Source: Actinomycetota bacterium
Lineage (GTDB): Bacteria > Actinomycetota > Actinomycetes > Mycobacteriales > Mycobacteriaceae
Reading direction: 5' to 3'
NCBI GenBank assembly: GCA_046735135.1
Contig: JBKPSU010000008.1
Location: forward strand, 30,580-94,579
Length of the DNA: 64,000 nt
A model generated the notes under the pieces. That model searched no databases. It was not told where the DNA came from and was given only the letters and a program-made list of their open reading frames with translations. Both the position numbers and the translations under genes were made by a program. Positions 8,896-18,617 of this stretch are shown one piece after another (position 1 is the first letter of the stretch; every line of letters starts with the position of its first letter).

Positions 8896-9951
8896 ATGCC
8901 AACTGAGGCAGCAGTCAAAGCGGAAGAAGCCTTGATCCATGTGCTGTGGATCAATGCGGGGTTGAGTTGTGACGGCGATTCTGTGGCGCTGACTGCCGCC
9001 ACGCAACCGAGCATCGAGGAGATCGCCCTTGGCGCGCTCCCCGGCCTGCCCAAGATCGCCGTGCACTGGCCCCTGATCGATTTCGAGTGTGGCCCAAACG
9101 GAGGTGCGGACGACTTCCTCGAGTGGTTCTTCAAGGCCGAGCGGGGGGAATTGGAACCGTTCGTGCTGGTCGTCGAGGGTTCCATCCCGAATGAGCAGCT
9201 CAAAGATGAAGGCTACTGGTGCGGGTTCGGTAACAACCCCGAGACCGGCCAGCCGATGACGACGAGCGAATGGCTGGACCGGCTCGCGCCCAAAGCGACC
9301 GCAATCGTCGCGATGGGAACCTGCGCCACTTACGGCGGTATCCATGCAATGGCGGGTAATCCGACCGGAGCCATGGGGGTGCCCGACTATCTCGGATGGG
9401 ACTGGAAGAGCAAGGCAGGAATTCCGATCGTCTGTGTGCCGGGGTGCCCTGCCCATCCGGACAACATGGCCGAGACGCTGACCTATCTGCTGTATATGGC
9501 CACCGAACAGGCGCCGATGATTCCGCTTGACGAGGCGCTGCGACCAAAGTGGCTGTTCGGCGCCACCGTACACGAGGGCTGTGACCGGGCCGGCTACTAC
9601 GAGCAAGGCGATTTCGCGACCGAATACGGCTCGCCGAAATGCATTGTGAAGCTGGGCTGTTGGGGGCCGGTCGTCAAGTGCAACGTGCCTAAACGGGGCT
9701 GGATCAACGGCATCGGCGGGTGCCCGAACGTCGGTGGCATCTGTATCGGATGCACGATGCCCGGCTTCCCCGACAAGTTCATGCCGTTCATGGATGAGCC
9801 GCCCGGCGGCAAGGTGTCGACAACGGGTTCGCGCATGTATGGGTCGGTGATCCGGAGCCTGCGCCAAGTGACCGGTCGGACGGTCGACAAAGAGCCGAAG
9901 TGGCGCCAGCCCGGAACGAAACTCACGACGGGGGCCACTCGCACCTGGTAG
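8896..9951 (+). CDS. hhyS: [NiFe]-hydrogenase small subunit, group 1h/5 type, no Tat signal
   Basis: Proximal-cluster region LWINAGLSCDGDS. Further Cys clusters GCPAHPDN, CDRAGYYEQGDF, KLGCWGPVVKCNV, GGICIGCTMPGFPD. The N-terminus has no RRxF twin-arginine motif. Confidence 0.9.
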   Translation: MPTEAAVKAEEALIHVLWINAGLSCDGDSVALTAATQPSIEEIALGALPGLPKIAVHWPLIDFECGPNGGADDFLEWFFKAERGELEPFVLVVEGSIPNEQLKDEGYWCGFGNNPETGQPMTTSEWLDRLAPKATAIVAMGTCATYGGIHAMAGNPTGAMGVPDYLGWDWKSKAGIPIVCVPGCPAHPDNMAETLTYLLYMATEQAPMIPLDEALRPKWLFGATVHEGCDRAGYYEQGDFATEYGSPKCIVKLGCWGPVVKCNVPKRGWINGIGGCPNVGGICIGCTMPGFPDKFMPFMDEPPGGKVSTTGSRMYGSVIRSLRQVTGRTVDKEPKWRQPGTKLTTGATRTW

Positions 9952-10049
9952 GTGCGGGTCCCCCTTCGGCGCGCACGGCGGGTGCTAGCCCGGTTATTGG
10001 CGAAATGCCCTGTGGCGCAGTAGACCACACATAGGAAAGAGAAGTTTCG

Positions 10050-11846
10050 ATGACAACGACCATTCCGGAGCCGTCACACGTCAAGCGCGACCCCGGCCAG
10101 CTCGTCGAGATGGCGTGGGATCCGATCACCCGAATCGTCGGCAGCCTCGGCATCTACACCAAGATCGACTTCGACAACAAAGAAGTGGTGGAATGCCACA
10201 GCACGTCGTCGATCTTCCGTGGCTACTCGATCTTCATGAAGGGCAAGGATCCTCGCGACGCGCACTTCATCACCAGCCGCATCTGCGGCATCTGCGGTGA
10301 CAACCACGCCACCTGCTCCTGCTACTGCCAGAACATGGCCTACGGGGTGAAACCGCCGCATCTCGGCGAGTGGCTGATCAACCTCGGCGAGGCCGCGGAA
10401 TACATGTTCGACCACAACATCTTCCAAGAGAACCTGGTCGGCGTGGACTACTGCGAGAAGATGGTGTCCGAGACGAACCCGGGTGTGCTGGCCAAGGCCG
10501 AGAACACCCAGGCGCCGCACGCGGACATGCATGGTTACCGGACGATCGCCGACATCATGCGCGCGCTCAACCCGTTCACCGGCGAGTTCTATCGGGAGGC
10601 CCTCCAGGTCAGCCGGTGGACGCGAGAGATGTTCTGCCTCATGGAAGGTCGCCACGTCCATCCGTCCACGCTGTATCCCGGCGGCATCGGCACCACGGCC
10701 ACCATCCAGTTGATGACGGACTACATGAGCCGGCTGATGCGCTATGTCGAGTTCATGAAGTCGGTCGTGCCGATGCACGACGACCTTTTCGACTTCTTCT
10801 ATGAAGCACTGCCCGGCTACGACCAGGTGGGGCTGCGTCGCACCCTGCTGGGTTGCTGGGGCTCGTTCCAGGACCCGGAGGTCTGCAATTTCGCATACAA
10901 GGACATGGAGAAGTGGGGCAACGCCATGTTCGTCACGCCGGGCGTGGTGATCGACGGCAAGCTGCACACCCACTCGCTGGTCGACATCAACCTGGGCATC
11001 CGAATCCTTTTGGGCAGTTCCTATTACGACGACTGGTCCGACCAGGAGATGTTCGTCAAGACCGACCCGCTGGGTAACTCGATTGATCGACGACATCCAT
11101 GGAACCAGCACACCAACCCGCGTCCACAGAAGCGTGACTTCGATTCGAATTACAGCTGGGTCATGTCCCCACGCTGGTTCGACGGCACGGACCACCTAGC
11201 GCTGGACACCGGCGGCGGACCGTTGGCCCGGCTGTGGTCGACGGCTTTGGCCGGCCTGGTTGACATCGGCTATGTGAAGGCCACTGGCAATAGCGTGCAG
11301 ATCAATCTGCCGAAGACCGCGCTCAAGGGCCCGGTGGAGCTGGAATGGAAGGTGCCGCAGTATGGCAGCAACACGCTCGAGCGCAACCGCGCGCGAACGT
11401 ACTTCCAGGCCTACGCCGCCGCCTGCGCACTGCATTTCGCCGAGAAGGCGCTCGTCGAGATTCGAGCGGGTCGCACCAAGACGTGGGAGAAGTTCGACGT
11501 GCCAGAAGAAGGCATCGGCTGCGGGTTCACCGAAGCGGTGCGCGGGGTGTTGAGTCACCACATGGTGATTCGCGACGGCAAGATCGCGAACTATCACCCC
11601 TATCCGCCGACGCCGTGGAACGCCAACCCTCGGGACAGCTACGGGACGCCAGGTCCGTACGAGGATGCGGTTCAAGGTCAGCCGATCTTCGAAGAGAACG
11701 ATCGGGAGCACTTCAAGGGCATCGACATCATGCGCACAGTGCGCAGCTTCGATCCGTGCCTGCCCTGCGGCGTGCACATGTATCTCGGCGAGGGGAAGAC
11801 ACTGGAGAGGTTGCACTCCCCGACCCAATCCGTTACCGGGGAATGA
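10050..11846 (+). CDS. hhyL: [NiFe]-hydrogenase large subunit, group 1h/5 (high-affinity Hhy type)
   Basis: L1 motif TSRICGICGDNH (nt 10272-10307) and C-terminal L2 motif SFDPCLPCGVH. Both match the group 5 signatures as I recall them. Confidence 0.93.
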   Translation: MTTTIPEPSHVKRDPGQLVEMAWDPITRIVGSLGIYTKIDFDNKEVVECHSTSSIFRGYSIFMKGKDPRDAHFITSRICGICGDNHATCSCYCQNMAYGVKPPHLGEWLINLGEAAEYMFDHNIFQENLVGVDYCEKMVSETNPGVLAKAENTQAPHADMHGYRTIADIMRALNPFTGEFYREALQVSRWTREMFCLMEGRHVHPSTLYPGGIGTTATIQLMTDYMSRLMRYVEFMKSVVPMHDDLFDFFYEALPGYDQVGLRRTLLGCWGSFQDPEVCNFAYKDMEKWGNAMFVTPGVVIDGKLHTHSLVDINLGIRILLGSSYYDDWSDQEMFVKTDPLGNSIDRRHPWNQHTNPRPQKRDFDSNYSWVMSPRWFDGTDHLALDTGGGPLARLWSTALAGLVDIGYVKATGNSVQINLPKTALKGPVELEWKVPQYGSNTLERNRARTYFQAYAAACALHFAEKALVEIRAGRTKTWEKFDVPEEGIGCGFTEAVRGVLSHHMVIRDGKIANYHPYPPTPWNANPRDSYGTPGPYEDAVQGQPIFEENDREHFKGIDIMRTVRSFDPCLPCGVHMYLGEGKTLERLHSPTQSVTGE

Positions 11847-11849
11847 CAT

Positions 11850-12788
11850 ATGCCGCATCGCCCGGATAACCCCGAACAAGATGCGCAGTGGCGCAACGCG
11901 GGCGATCGGATACAGAGTCTTCTCGACGCCAGCGCAGCAGGTGGCGCTGTCGTGCATGAACGCGCGGAGCAGTTGGTCGGTGAGGTAACCGACCTCTACG
12001 GCGCCGGTCTCGAGCGGATGCTCGCAATGGCGGTGAGCGCGAACCCGGAGCTCGCCGACGCGTTCGCCGCCGACGACCTAATCGCCAGCCTGATGTTGGT
12101 GCACGGATTGCATCCGCACACTGTCGAGCGGCGGATCGAGAACGCGCTCGACAGCGTGCGGCCCTACCTCGGGTCACACGGCGGGGATGTCCATCTGTTG
12201 GAGGTCGACGGCGAGGTGGTCCGCCTGCAGTTCGCAGGCAGCTGCAAGAGTTGCCCGTCGTCCGCGATCACCCTCGAGCTGGCGGTCGAGGATGCGGTAC
12301 GTGCCGCCGCACCGGAGATCTCGACCATCGAAGTGGTTGCCGCCGAGCCGGAGTCGAAGCCGGCGATGATTCCCGCCGACAGTCTGATGAGCCGCGTGCG
12401 CACACAGTCGCTGGCCCCGCACGCCTGGCATCCCGTGCCCGGCGTCGCCGAACTCACCCCCGGCGAGGTCGGTGGATTCGCCGTCGCAGGCACCACGGTG
12501 CTCGCATGCCGCGTGGGCGACCAGCTGTTCGCCTACCGGGACCGCTGCGGATGCTGCGGTGAGTCGCTCGCAGGGGCGGCCCTGCACCGGCGCCTCGGAG
12601 CTTCGAGCCGCGACGCCGTCCTTCGCTGCCCGCGGTGCCATGCGCATTTCGATGTCGTGCACGCCGGCGCATGCGTCGACGGAAACAGCTCCGACAATGG
12701 GCAAGCCGACGCCCATCTCGAGCCGATTCCGTTGTTGGAGCGCGACGGAGTGCTGTCGATGGCGGTCGCCGAGGCGGTGGCGTCATGA
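11850..12788 (+). CDS. hhyE: Hydrogenase-associated Fe-S protein: NifU C-terminal-like domain plus Rieske-like Cys-rich domain (HhyE-like)
   Basis: Nfu-like HGGDVHLLEVDGEVVRLQFAGSCKSCPSS. The C-terminal part has RCGCCGESL...CPRCHAHFD. It lies directly downstream of hhyL. Confidence 0.75.
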   Translation: MPHRPDNPEQDAQWRNAGDRIQSLLDASAAGGAVVHERAEQLVGEVTDLYGAGLERMLAMAVSANPELADAFAADDLIASLMLVHGLHPHTVERRIENALDSVRPYLGSHGGDVHLLEVDGEVVRLQFAGSCKSCPSSAITLELAVEDAVRAAAPEISTIEVVAAEPESKPAMIPADSLMSRVRTQSLAPHAWHPVPGVAELTPGEVGGFAVAGTTVLACRVGDQLFAYRDRCGCCGESLAGAALHRRLGASSRDAVLRCPRCHAHFDVVHAGACVDGNSSDNGQADAHLEPIPLLERDGVLSMAVAEAVAS

Positions 12789-13420
12789 CCGGCGCGTACG
12801 ACGTTCTGGCACGCATCAGGGCCGCCCGGGCGGATCCGCAGCCCGCCGGTGAGCGCTGCGAGATGTGCGCAGAGGCGATCGCCGACGAACATCAGCATGT
12901 GGTGAATGTCGAAGGCCGGCAGCTGATGTGTGTCTGCCGAGGCTGCTACCTGCTGTTCACCGACACCGACGCGAAGTTGCGCTACCGCGCTATCCCTGAC
13001 CGCTACCTCGTCTTCCCGGATTTCGCGCTGGACCGACGGCACTGGGAGGCCCTGCAGATACCGGTCGGCCTGGCGTTCTTCTTCCGAAATTCGGCGCTGG
13101 ACCGGACGGTGGCGTTCTATCCGGGACCCGCAGGCGCCACCGAATCCGAGCTGGACCTGGCGGCCTGGAACGACATTCGCACGGCCGACCGGCGCGTGGA
13201 CATGCTCGCCGAGGACACCGAGGCCGTGCTGGTGCGCGTGCCCGACGAGGAAACCGCCGCGCCGCAGAGTTATCTCCTTCCCATCGACGCCTGCTACGAG
13301 TTCGTCGGCAGGCTGCGACTGCTGTGGCGCGGCTTCGACGGCGGCCAGCAGGTGCGGGGATTCATCGACGAGTTCTTCGGCCTGCTGGACAAGCGCAGCC
13401 GGGTGGTGACCCGCGCATGA
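12785..13420 (+). CDS. Conserved hydrogenase-cluster protein of unknown function (Cys-rich N-terminus)
   Basis: ATG 12785 overlaps the hhyE stop (ATGA). CEMCAEAI...MCVCRGCYLLF cysteine pattern. The 50-codon Arg-rich upstream extension in the ORF track is rejected. Confidence 0.75.
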   Translation: MTGAYDVLARIRAARADPQPAGERCEMCAEAIADEHQHVVNVEGRQLMCVCRGCYLLFTDTDAKLRYRAIPDRYLVFPDFALDRRHWEALQIPVGLAFFFRNSALDRTVAFYPGPAGATESELDLAAWNDIRTADRRVDMLAEDTEAVLVRVPDEETAAPQSYLLPIDACYEFVGRLRLLWRGFDGGQQVRGFIDEFFGLLDKRSRVVTRA

Positions 13421-13478
13421 CTTCCCGAAGGCGAGCGCGAGTGAGGATCGCAGCGAAGCTGCGAGTGGGAGCCGAGGC

Positions 13479-14123
13479 ATGACAGACGTCACGTTCGCGG
13501 TGGTCGGCGTCGAACCGGAGCCCTACGCGGTGACTCCGGTGTTGAACGCCCGGCTCGGCATCGCCGCGGTCGGAGACGACCCGATCCACACGATCGCGCT
13601 GCGCGCTGCGGTGCGCATCGAGCCGATGCGGCGCGGCTACTCCGACGAGGAGGCCGCCGGGATCGTCGACCTGTTCGGCCCGCGCGAACGCTGGGCCACC
13701 ACCCTTCACACATTCCAGTGGCTGCAGACCTCGGCGATGGTGCAGGGGTTCAGCGGCGCCACTCAGGTCAACCTCCCGCTGGAGTGCACCTATGACTTCG
13801 AGGTCGCGGCGTCGAAGTATCTGCACGCCCTGCGCGACGGCGCCGTCCCACTGCAATTCCTCTTCAGCGGAACGATTTTCTCGCAGGGCGCGCGGGGCTT
13901 CGCGGTTCAGCAGGTCCCGTGGGACCGTGAGGACCACTTCGAGATGCCCGTGTCGGTGTGGCGCGACCTGATGCAACAGCACTATCCGAACACCGGCTGG
14001 CTTCGCCTGGACAGGGACACGCTCGATGGACTGGCGGCGTATCGCTCGGCGCGCGGCCTGCTGTCCCTCGACGAGGCGGTCACCTCGCTCCTCGATGCCA
14101 GTTCGACGGAGGAGATCCGATGA
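13479..14123 (+). CDS. Conserved hydrogenase-cluster protein of unknown function
   Basis: 214-aa ORF with good high-GC codon usage, co-directional within the operon. The next gene's start overlaps its stop. Confidence 0.7.
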   Translation: MTDVTFAVVGVEPEPYAVTPVLNARLGIAAVGDDPIHTIALRAAVRIEPMRRGYSDEEAAGIVDLFGPRERWATTLHTFQWLQTSAMVQGFSGATQVNLPLECTYDFEVAASKYLHALRDGAVPLQFLFSGTIFSQGARGFAVQQVPWDREDHFEMPVSVWRDLMQQHYPNTGWLRLDRDTLDGLAAYRSARGLLSLDEAVTSLLDASSTEEIR

Positions 14124-15460
14124 ACGCGAACTGGGACCGTGCCCGCGCCGTCGCCGACGCGGTGCTCTACGAGGGCTATCTGCTCTACCCGTACCGCGCC
14201 AACTCGCGAAAGAACCAGACGCGCTGGCAGTTCGGGGTACTCGGGCCCGCGGGCGCAGCCGACGCGGGCATCGGCGAGGACGACACGCTATCCGCTCAGG
14301 TAGTGGTTTCGCCGCGGACGAACCCGACGGTCTACGTCGTGGTGCGCTTCCTCCAACTGCAGCACCGCGGTGTGGAAAAGGATGTGGGTGGCGGACGGTT
14401 CGAACCCGTCGAGGAGCTGGTATCAGGGTCGCGGTCCTGGTTGCGGTGGGACGAGGCCGTGGAACGGGAGCTCTCGTTCGGGCCTTTCGACATCGAATCG
14501 CAGCTGCCGCAGACGCTTCCAGTCGACGTCGAGGCGGGCACCGACATCGAGAACGTCGACGGCGGCAGACTGGTCCGCACCCGCCGCGCCCTGCGCGCAC
14601 AACTCGAGATCACCGCAGACTACGACGACGGGTTCGTGCGCCTGACGGTGACGATGCGCAACACCGCGGCGCCCGCCGATGACAAGGACGAGGCGATCGC
14701 GGTGTCGCTGATCGGCACCCACCTACTCGCCGAGGTCACCGACGGCGAATTCGTGTCACTTCTCGAACCACCGGCATCGGCCGACAACGCCGTCGCCCGA
14801 TGCCGTCACCATCGCTGCTTCCCCGTGCTCGCCGGGCCGCCAGGCGACCACGCGCTGGTGCTGGCATCGCCGATCATCCTCTACGACCACCCCGAGATCG
14901 CCGAGCAGAGCGAGGGCGCACTGTACGACTCCACCGAGATCGATGAGATCCTCACGCTGCGCATCATGACGATGACCGACGAGGAGAAGGCGGTGGCACG
15001 CGCAACCGATCCACTCGCCGCACGGATCATCGACCGGTGCGACTCGATGTCGCCGGAGGCGTTGCTCAACCTGCACGGCGTGCTGCGCAACCCGCATGCC
15101 GTCGGCGACGAACCGGCCCTGATCCCGGAGATACCCGACGGGGTCGACTGGTGGGACCCGTTGGCCGACAACGCCGTAGCGCCCGACGTCGATGCCGTGC
15201 TGGTGAATGGTGTGCGGGTGAGCCGCGGCAGCAGGGTGCGGTTGCGTCCGTCGCGTCGCGCCGACGCGCAGGATCTGTTCTTCGCGGACAAAATCGCGCG
15301 GGTCACCTCGGTGCACGAAACTGTCGACGGTGACCAACACGTCGGCGTCGTACTCGAGGACGACCCGGCGGCCGATCTGCACGAGTGGTACGGCCGCTTC
15401 CTGTACTTCGCACCCGATGAGGTCGAACCGTTGAGTGAAAGGAATCCGACATGGATGTAG
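14120..15460 (+). CDS. Conserved hydrogenase-cluster protein of unknown function (446 aa)
   Basis: ATG 14120 overlaps the upstream stop (ATGA). MNANWDRARAVADAVLYEGYLLYPYR start. No motif I recognise. Confidence 0.7.
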   Translation: MNANWDRARAVADAVLYEGYLLYPYRANSRKNQTRWQFGVLGPAGAADAGIGEDDTLSAQVVVSPRTNPTVYVVVRFLQLQHRGVEKDVGGGRFEPVEELVSGSRSWLRWDEAVERELSFGPFDIESQLPQTLPVDVEAGTDIENVDGGRLVRTRRALRAQLEITADYDDGFVRLTVTMRNTAAPADDKDEAIAVSLIGTHLLAEVTDGEFVSLLEPPASADNAVARCRHHRCFPVLAGPPGDHALVLASPIILYDHPEIAEQSEGALYDSTEIDEILTLRIMTMTDEEKAVARATDPLAARIIDRCDSMSPEALLNLHGVLRNPHAVGDEPALIPEIPDGVDWWDPLADNAVAPDVDAVLVNGVRVSRGSRVRLRPSRRADAQDLFFADKIARVTSVHETVDGDQHVGVVLEDDPAADLHEWYGRFLYFAPDEVEPLSERNPTWM

Positions 15461-15570
15461 TGGGCTGGGTCGCGGTAGGCGTCGTCGCTGCCGTCGTGCT
15501 TGGTGGTGTGGTCGTCGGTGTGGCATCCCTTCCAGATGCCCGGCGCTACATGAAGATTCGCCGCATGTAG
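15451..15570 (+). CDS. Putative 39-aa single-pass membrane peptide
   Basis: MDVVGWVAVGVVAAVVLGGVVVGVASLPDARRYMKIRRM: one hydrophobic helix with a basic tail. Overlaps the upstream gene's end by 10 nt. Too short for the supplied ORF track. Confidence 0.4.
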   Translation: MDVVGWVAVGVVAAVVLGGVVVGVASLPDARRYMKIRRM

Positions 15571-15602
15571 AGAACAGGAGCGACGTCACGTCCCAAATAC
15601 TG

Positions 15603-16067
15603 GTGGCCGGCATCGGCAACATCTTCCTCGGCGACGACGGGTTCGGACCCGAGGTGATTCGCCACGTGCCCGAGCAGCTCGCGAGTCCGCGCGTCCGGGT
15701 GGTGGACTACGGGATCAGGGGTATGCACCTGGCCTACGATCTGCTGGACGGCTGCGAGGCGCTGATCCTCGTGGACGCACTGCCCAACCGCGGCACGCCG
15801 GGCACCGTGCATGTGTTCGAGGCCGACCACGAAACCCTCACCGCGCAAGTCGGTCTTGATGCCCACGCGATGGACCCGGCCGCCGTGTTCGCCAGCCTGG
15901 CCGCACTGGGTGGCACAGCGCCGTACACCGTGGTGATCGGCTGCGAGGTCGACAACGTCGACGAGGGCATGGGCCTGACGGGTGCGGTCGCGGCAGCGGT
16001 CCCCGACGCGGTCAACGCCATCGAGGACGTGGTGGCGCGGCTCACGACTCCGGTAGCCGGGGGCTGA
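15603..16067 (+). CDS. Hydrogenase maturation endopeptidase (HupD/HybD family); start uncertain
   Basis: ILVAGIGNIFLGDDGFGPEV plus DALP...GT plus HAMDP motifs. The first canonical in-frame start is GTG 15603. However, AGGAG at 15576-15580 and the conserved-looking residues TSQIL suggest a non-canonical start near 15585-15600. Confidence 0.8.
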   Translation: MAGIGNIFLGDDGFGPEVIRHVPEQLASPRVRVVDYGIRGMHLAYDLLDGCEALILVDALPNRGTPGTVHVFEADHETLTAQVGLDAHAMDPAAVFASLAALGGTAPYTVVIGCEVDNVDEGMGLTGAVAAAVPDAVNAIEDVVARLTTPVAGG

Positions 16068-16070
16068 ACC

Positions 16071-16331
16071 ATGTGTTTGGGAATTCCCGGTCAGGTCGTG
16101 CAGATGCTCGAGGGCTACGGCGGCCAGCTCGCGCTTGTCGACGTGGCAGGCGAGCACCGCAAGGTCAACGTCGGAATGATGCCCGAGGAGACCTTCTCCC
16201 CCGGTGACTGGGTGATCATTCACATGGGTTTCGTCGTCGAGAAGACCGACAAGGCGGGCGCCGATGCCGCGATGGCCGGGCTGGAGATGATGGGCCGCGG
16301 CCGTGACCCGGACATGGAGGCGTTCCCATGA
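16071..16331 (+). CDS. hypC: Hydrogenase assembly chaperone HypC/HupF
   Basis: MCLGIPGQVV N-terminus, 86 aa. Confidence 0.9.
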   Translation: MCLGIPGQVVQMLEGYGGQLALVDVAGEHRKVNVGMMPEETFSPGDWVIIHMGFVVEKTDKAGADAAMAGLEMMGRGRDPDMEAFP

Positions 16332-18613
16332 CCGGGCGCCGCCGGCTGCGGATCTGTGTGCGCGGCGTCGTGCAGGGTGTCGGCTTCCGGCCGTTCGTCT
16401 ACACGTGCGCGGCGGCACTCGGCCTGAGCGGCTCCGTCCGCAACGACAGTGCGGGCGCCGTCATCGAGGTCGAAGGCGACACTTCAGCACTCGATGAGTT
16501 TGCCAACCGTCTCGTCGACAGGCCGCCGCCGCTGGCCGTCATCGAATCGGTTGACACGCAGGATATCCCGACCGTCGGGGGCACCGGCTTCACAATCGCC
16601 GACACGTCACGCTCCGGCGGTGGCCGCACCCTCGCCTCCCCCGACGTCGCCATGTGCGCCGATTGCGCCACCGAGCAGCGCGATCCCGGCGACCGCCGTT
16701 ACCGGCACGCCTTCGTCAACTGCACCAACTGCGGACCGCGCTTCACCATCATCGCGTCGCTGCCGTACGACCGCGCATCCACCACGATGGCGGGCTTTCC
16801 GATGTGTGGCGAGTGCGAACGCGAATACCACGATCCCGCGGACCGGCGATTCCACGCCCAGCCGGTCTGCTGTCCGAACTGCGGCCCGACTCTGCGGTAC
16901 CGGGCCGGTGACGGCGTGGCCGACGGCGAGTCCGCACTGAACGTGGCGCGCATGCTGCTTCGCGACGGCGGCGTGCTCGCCGTCAAGGGCATCGGCGGGT
17001 ACCACCTGGCGTGCGACGCCGGTAACGAGTCCGCGGTCGCCGAACTGCGGACCCGAAAGCGGCGTGGCGACAAGCCCTTCGCGGTCATGGTCGCCGACCT
17101 CGCGACCGCCCGCCGCATCGCCTCGGTCGACGAGGCGTCGCAGCGCCTGCTGTCCGGCCCGCAGCGGCCCATCGTGCTGATGCCCCGGATGCCCGGCGCA
17201 CGCGTCGCCGACTCGGTGGCGCCGCACAACCCCGATGTCGGTGTCATGCTGGCCTACACGCCGTTGCACTCGCTGCTGTTCGGCCTGCCGGGCGACCTGC
17301 CGGGACCGCCGGTGCTCGTGATGACCTCGGGGAACGTCGGCGGCGAGCCGATCTGCTTCACCGATGACGATGCGCTGAAACGACTTTCACACCTGGCCGA
17401 TGGCTGGCTGATGCACGATCGGGACATCCTGGTTCCGTGCGACGACTCCGTCGCACGGATCGTGGCCGGCGTCGAGTTGCCGATCCGGCGTTCCCGCGGC
17501 TATGCGCCGCTTCCGGTCGCGCTGCCGGTGCCGGTGCCACCCGCGCTGGCCGTCGGGGGCGATCTGAAGAACACCTTCGCGGTCGCCGAACACAAGTACG
17601 CCTGGTTGAGCCAGCACATCGGCGACATGGACGATCTCGCGACCCTGGCCGCATTCGACTCCGCCGAACAACATTTGGAGGCGCTGACCGATGTCACCCC
17701 GGAGGTCGTGATCGCGGACGCCCATCCTGGCTACCGGTCCACCGCATGGGCGGAACGCCACGCGCGCGGGCGACCCGTTCGTTCGGTGCAGCACCACCAT
17801 GCGCACATCGCCGCGGTGATGGCCGAGCACGGTATGGACGGCACACAACGGGTACTCGGATTCGCCTTCGACGGAACCGGTTACGGACCGGACGGGGCGG
17901 TCTGGGGTGGTGAGGTGCTGCTCGCCGACTACAAGGGCTATCAGCGGTTGGCACAGCTGAAGTACGTGCCGCTGGCCGGCGGCGACGTCAGCGTGCTGCG
18001 CCCGTACCGGATGGCGCTGGCGCATCTGTGGGCGGCCGGTCTGGCCTGGCGCGACGATCTGCCGCCGGTGGCCGCCTGTCCCGATGACGAGCGCACGGTG
18101 CTGGAACATCAGCTCGAGACCGGTCTGGGCTGCGCGCCGACGTCGAGCATGGGCAGGCTGTTCGACGCCGTTTCGTCGCTGGCTGGCGTCCGCCAGGTGG
18201 TGGCATACGAAGCGCAGGCGGCGATTGAACTGGAGGGGTTGTCGCGCAACGCCCTTCGGGGCGCAGAGCGCTATGCGTTCGACATCGACGCGGGCCGACT
18301 CCCCGCGACGATCGATCCCACCCCGGTTCTCGCCGCGATCGTCGACGACCTGCGCGCAGGCACACCGGCCGGCGTGATCGGGGCGAAATTCCACCGCGCC
18401 GTCGCCGATGTGGTCGTCGACTGCGCGGGCATGGAGGACACCGGTGGCCAACCGATCGCATTGTCCGGCGGGGTGTTCCAGAACGCACTACTGCTGCGTT
18501 TAGTGCTGGACGGCTTGCGGGCCAAGGGGTTCCGGGTGATCACGCATCGCCGCGTGCCACCAAACGACGGTGGAATCGCACTCGGACAGCTTCTGGTCGG
18601 GACGGCGGGGTGA
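16328..18613 (+). CDS. hypF: Carbamoyltransferase HypF
   Basis: Acylphosphatase-like N-terminus (VRGVVQGVGFRPFVY), two zinc-finger pairs (CADC...CTNCGPRF; CGEC...CPNCGP), YrdC-like and Kae1-like regions. ATGA overlap with hypC. Confidence 0.95.
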   Translation: MTGRRRLRICVRGVVQGVGFRPFVYTCAAALGLSGSVRNDSAGAVIEVEGDTSALDEFANRLVDRPPPLAVIESVDTQDIPTVGGTGFTIADTSRSGGGRTLASPDVAMCADCATEQRDPGDRRYRHAFVNCTNCGPRFTIIASLPYDRASTTMAGFPMCGECEREYHDPADRRFHAQPVCCPNCGPTLRYRAGDGVADGESALNVARMLLRDGGVLAVKGIGGYHLACDAGNESAVAELRTRKRRGDKPFAVMVADLATARRIASVDEASQRLLSGPQRPIVLMPRMPGARVADSVAPHNPDVGVMLAYTPLHSLLFGLPGDLPGPPVLVMTSGNVGGEPICFTDDDALKRLSHLADGWLMHDRDILVPCDDSVARIVAGVELPIRRSRGYAPLPVALPVPVPPALAVGGDLKNTFAVAEHKYAWLSQHIGDMDDLATLAAFDSAEQHLEALTDVTPEVVIADAHPGYRSTAWAERHARGRPVRSVQHHHAHIAAVMAEHGMDGTQRVLGFAFDGTGYGPDGAVWGGEVLLADYKGYQRLAQLKYVPLAGGDVSVLRPYRMALAHLWAAGLAWRDDLPPVAACPDDERTVLEHQLETGLGCAPTSSMGRLFDAVSSLAGVRQVVAYEAQAAIELEGLSRNALRGAERYAFDIDAGRLPATIDPTPVLAAIVDDLRAGTPAGVIGAKFHRAVADVVVDCAGMEDTGGQPIALSGGVFQNALLLRLVLDGLRAKGFRVITHRRVPPNDGGIALGQLLVGTAG

Positions 18614-18617
18614 CACC

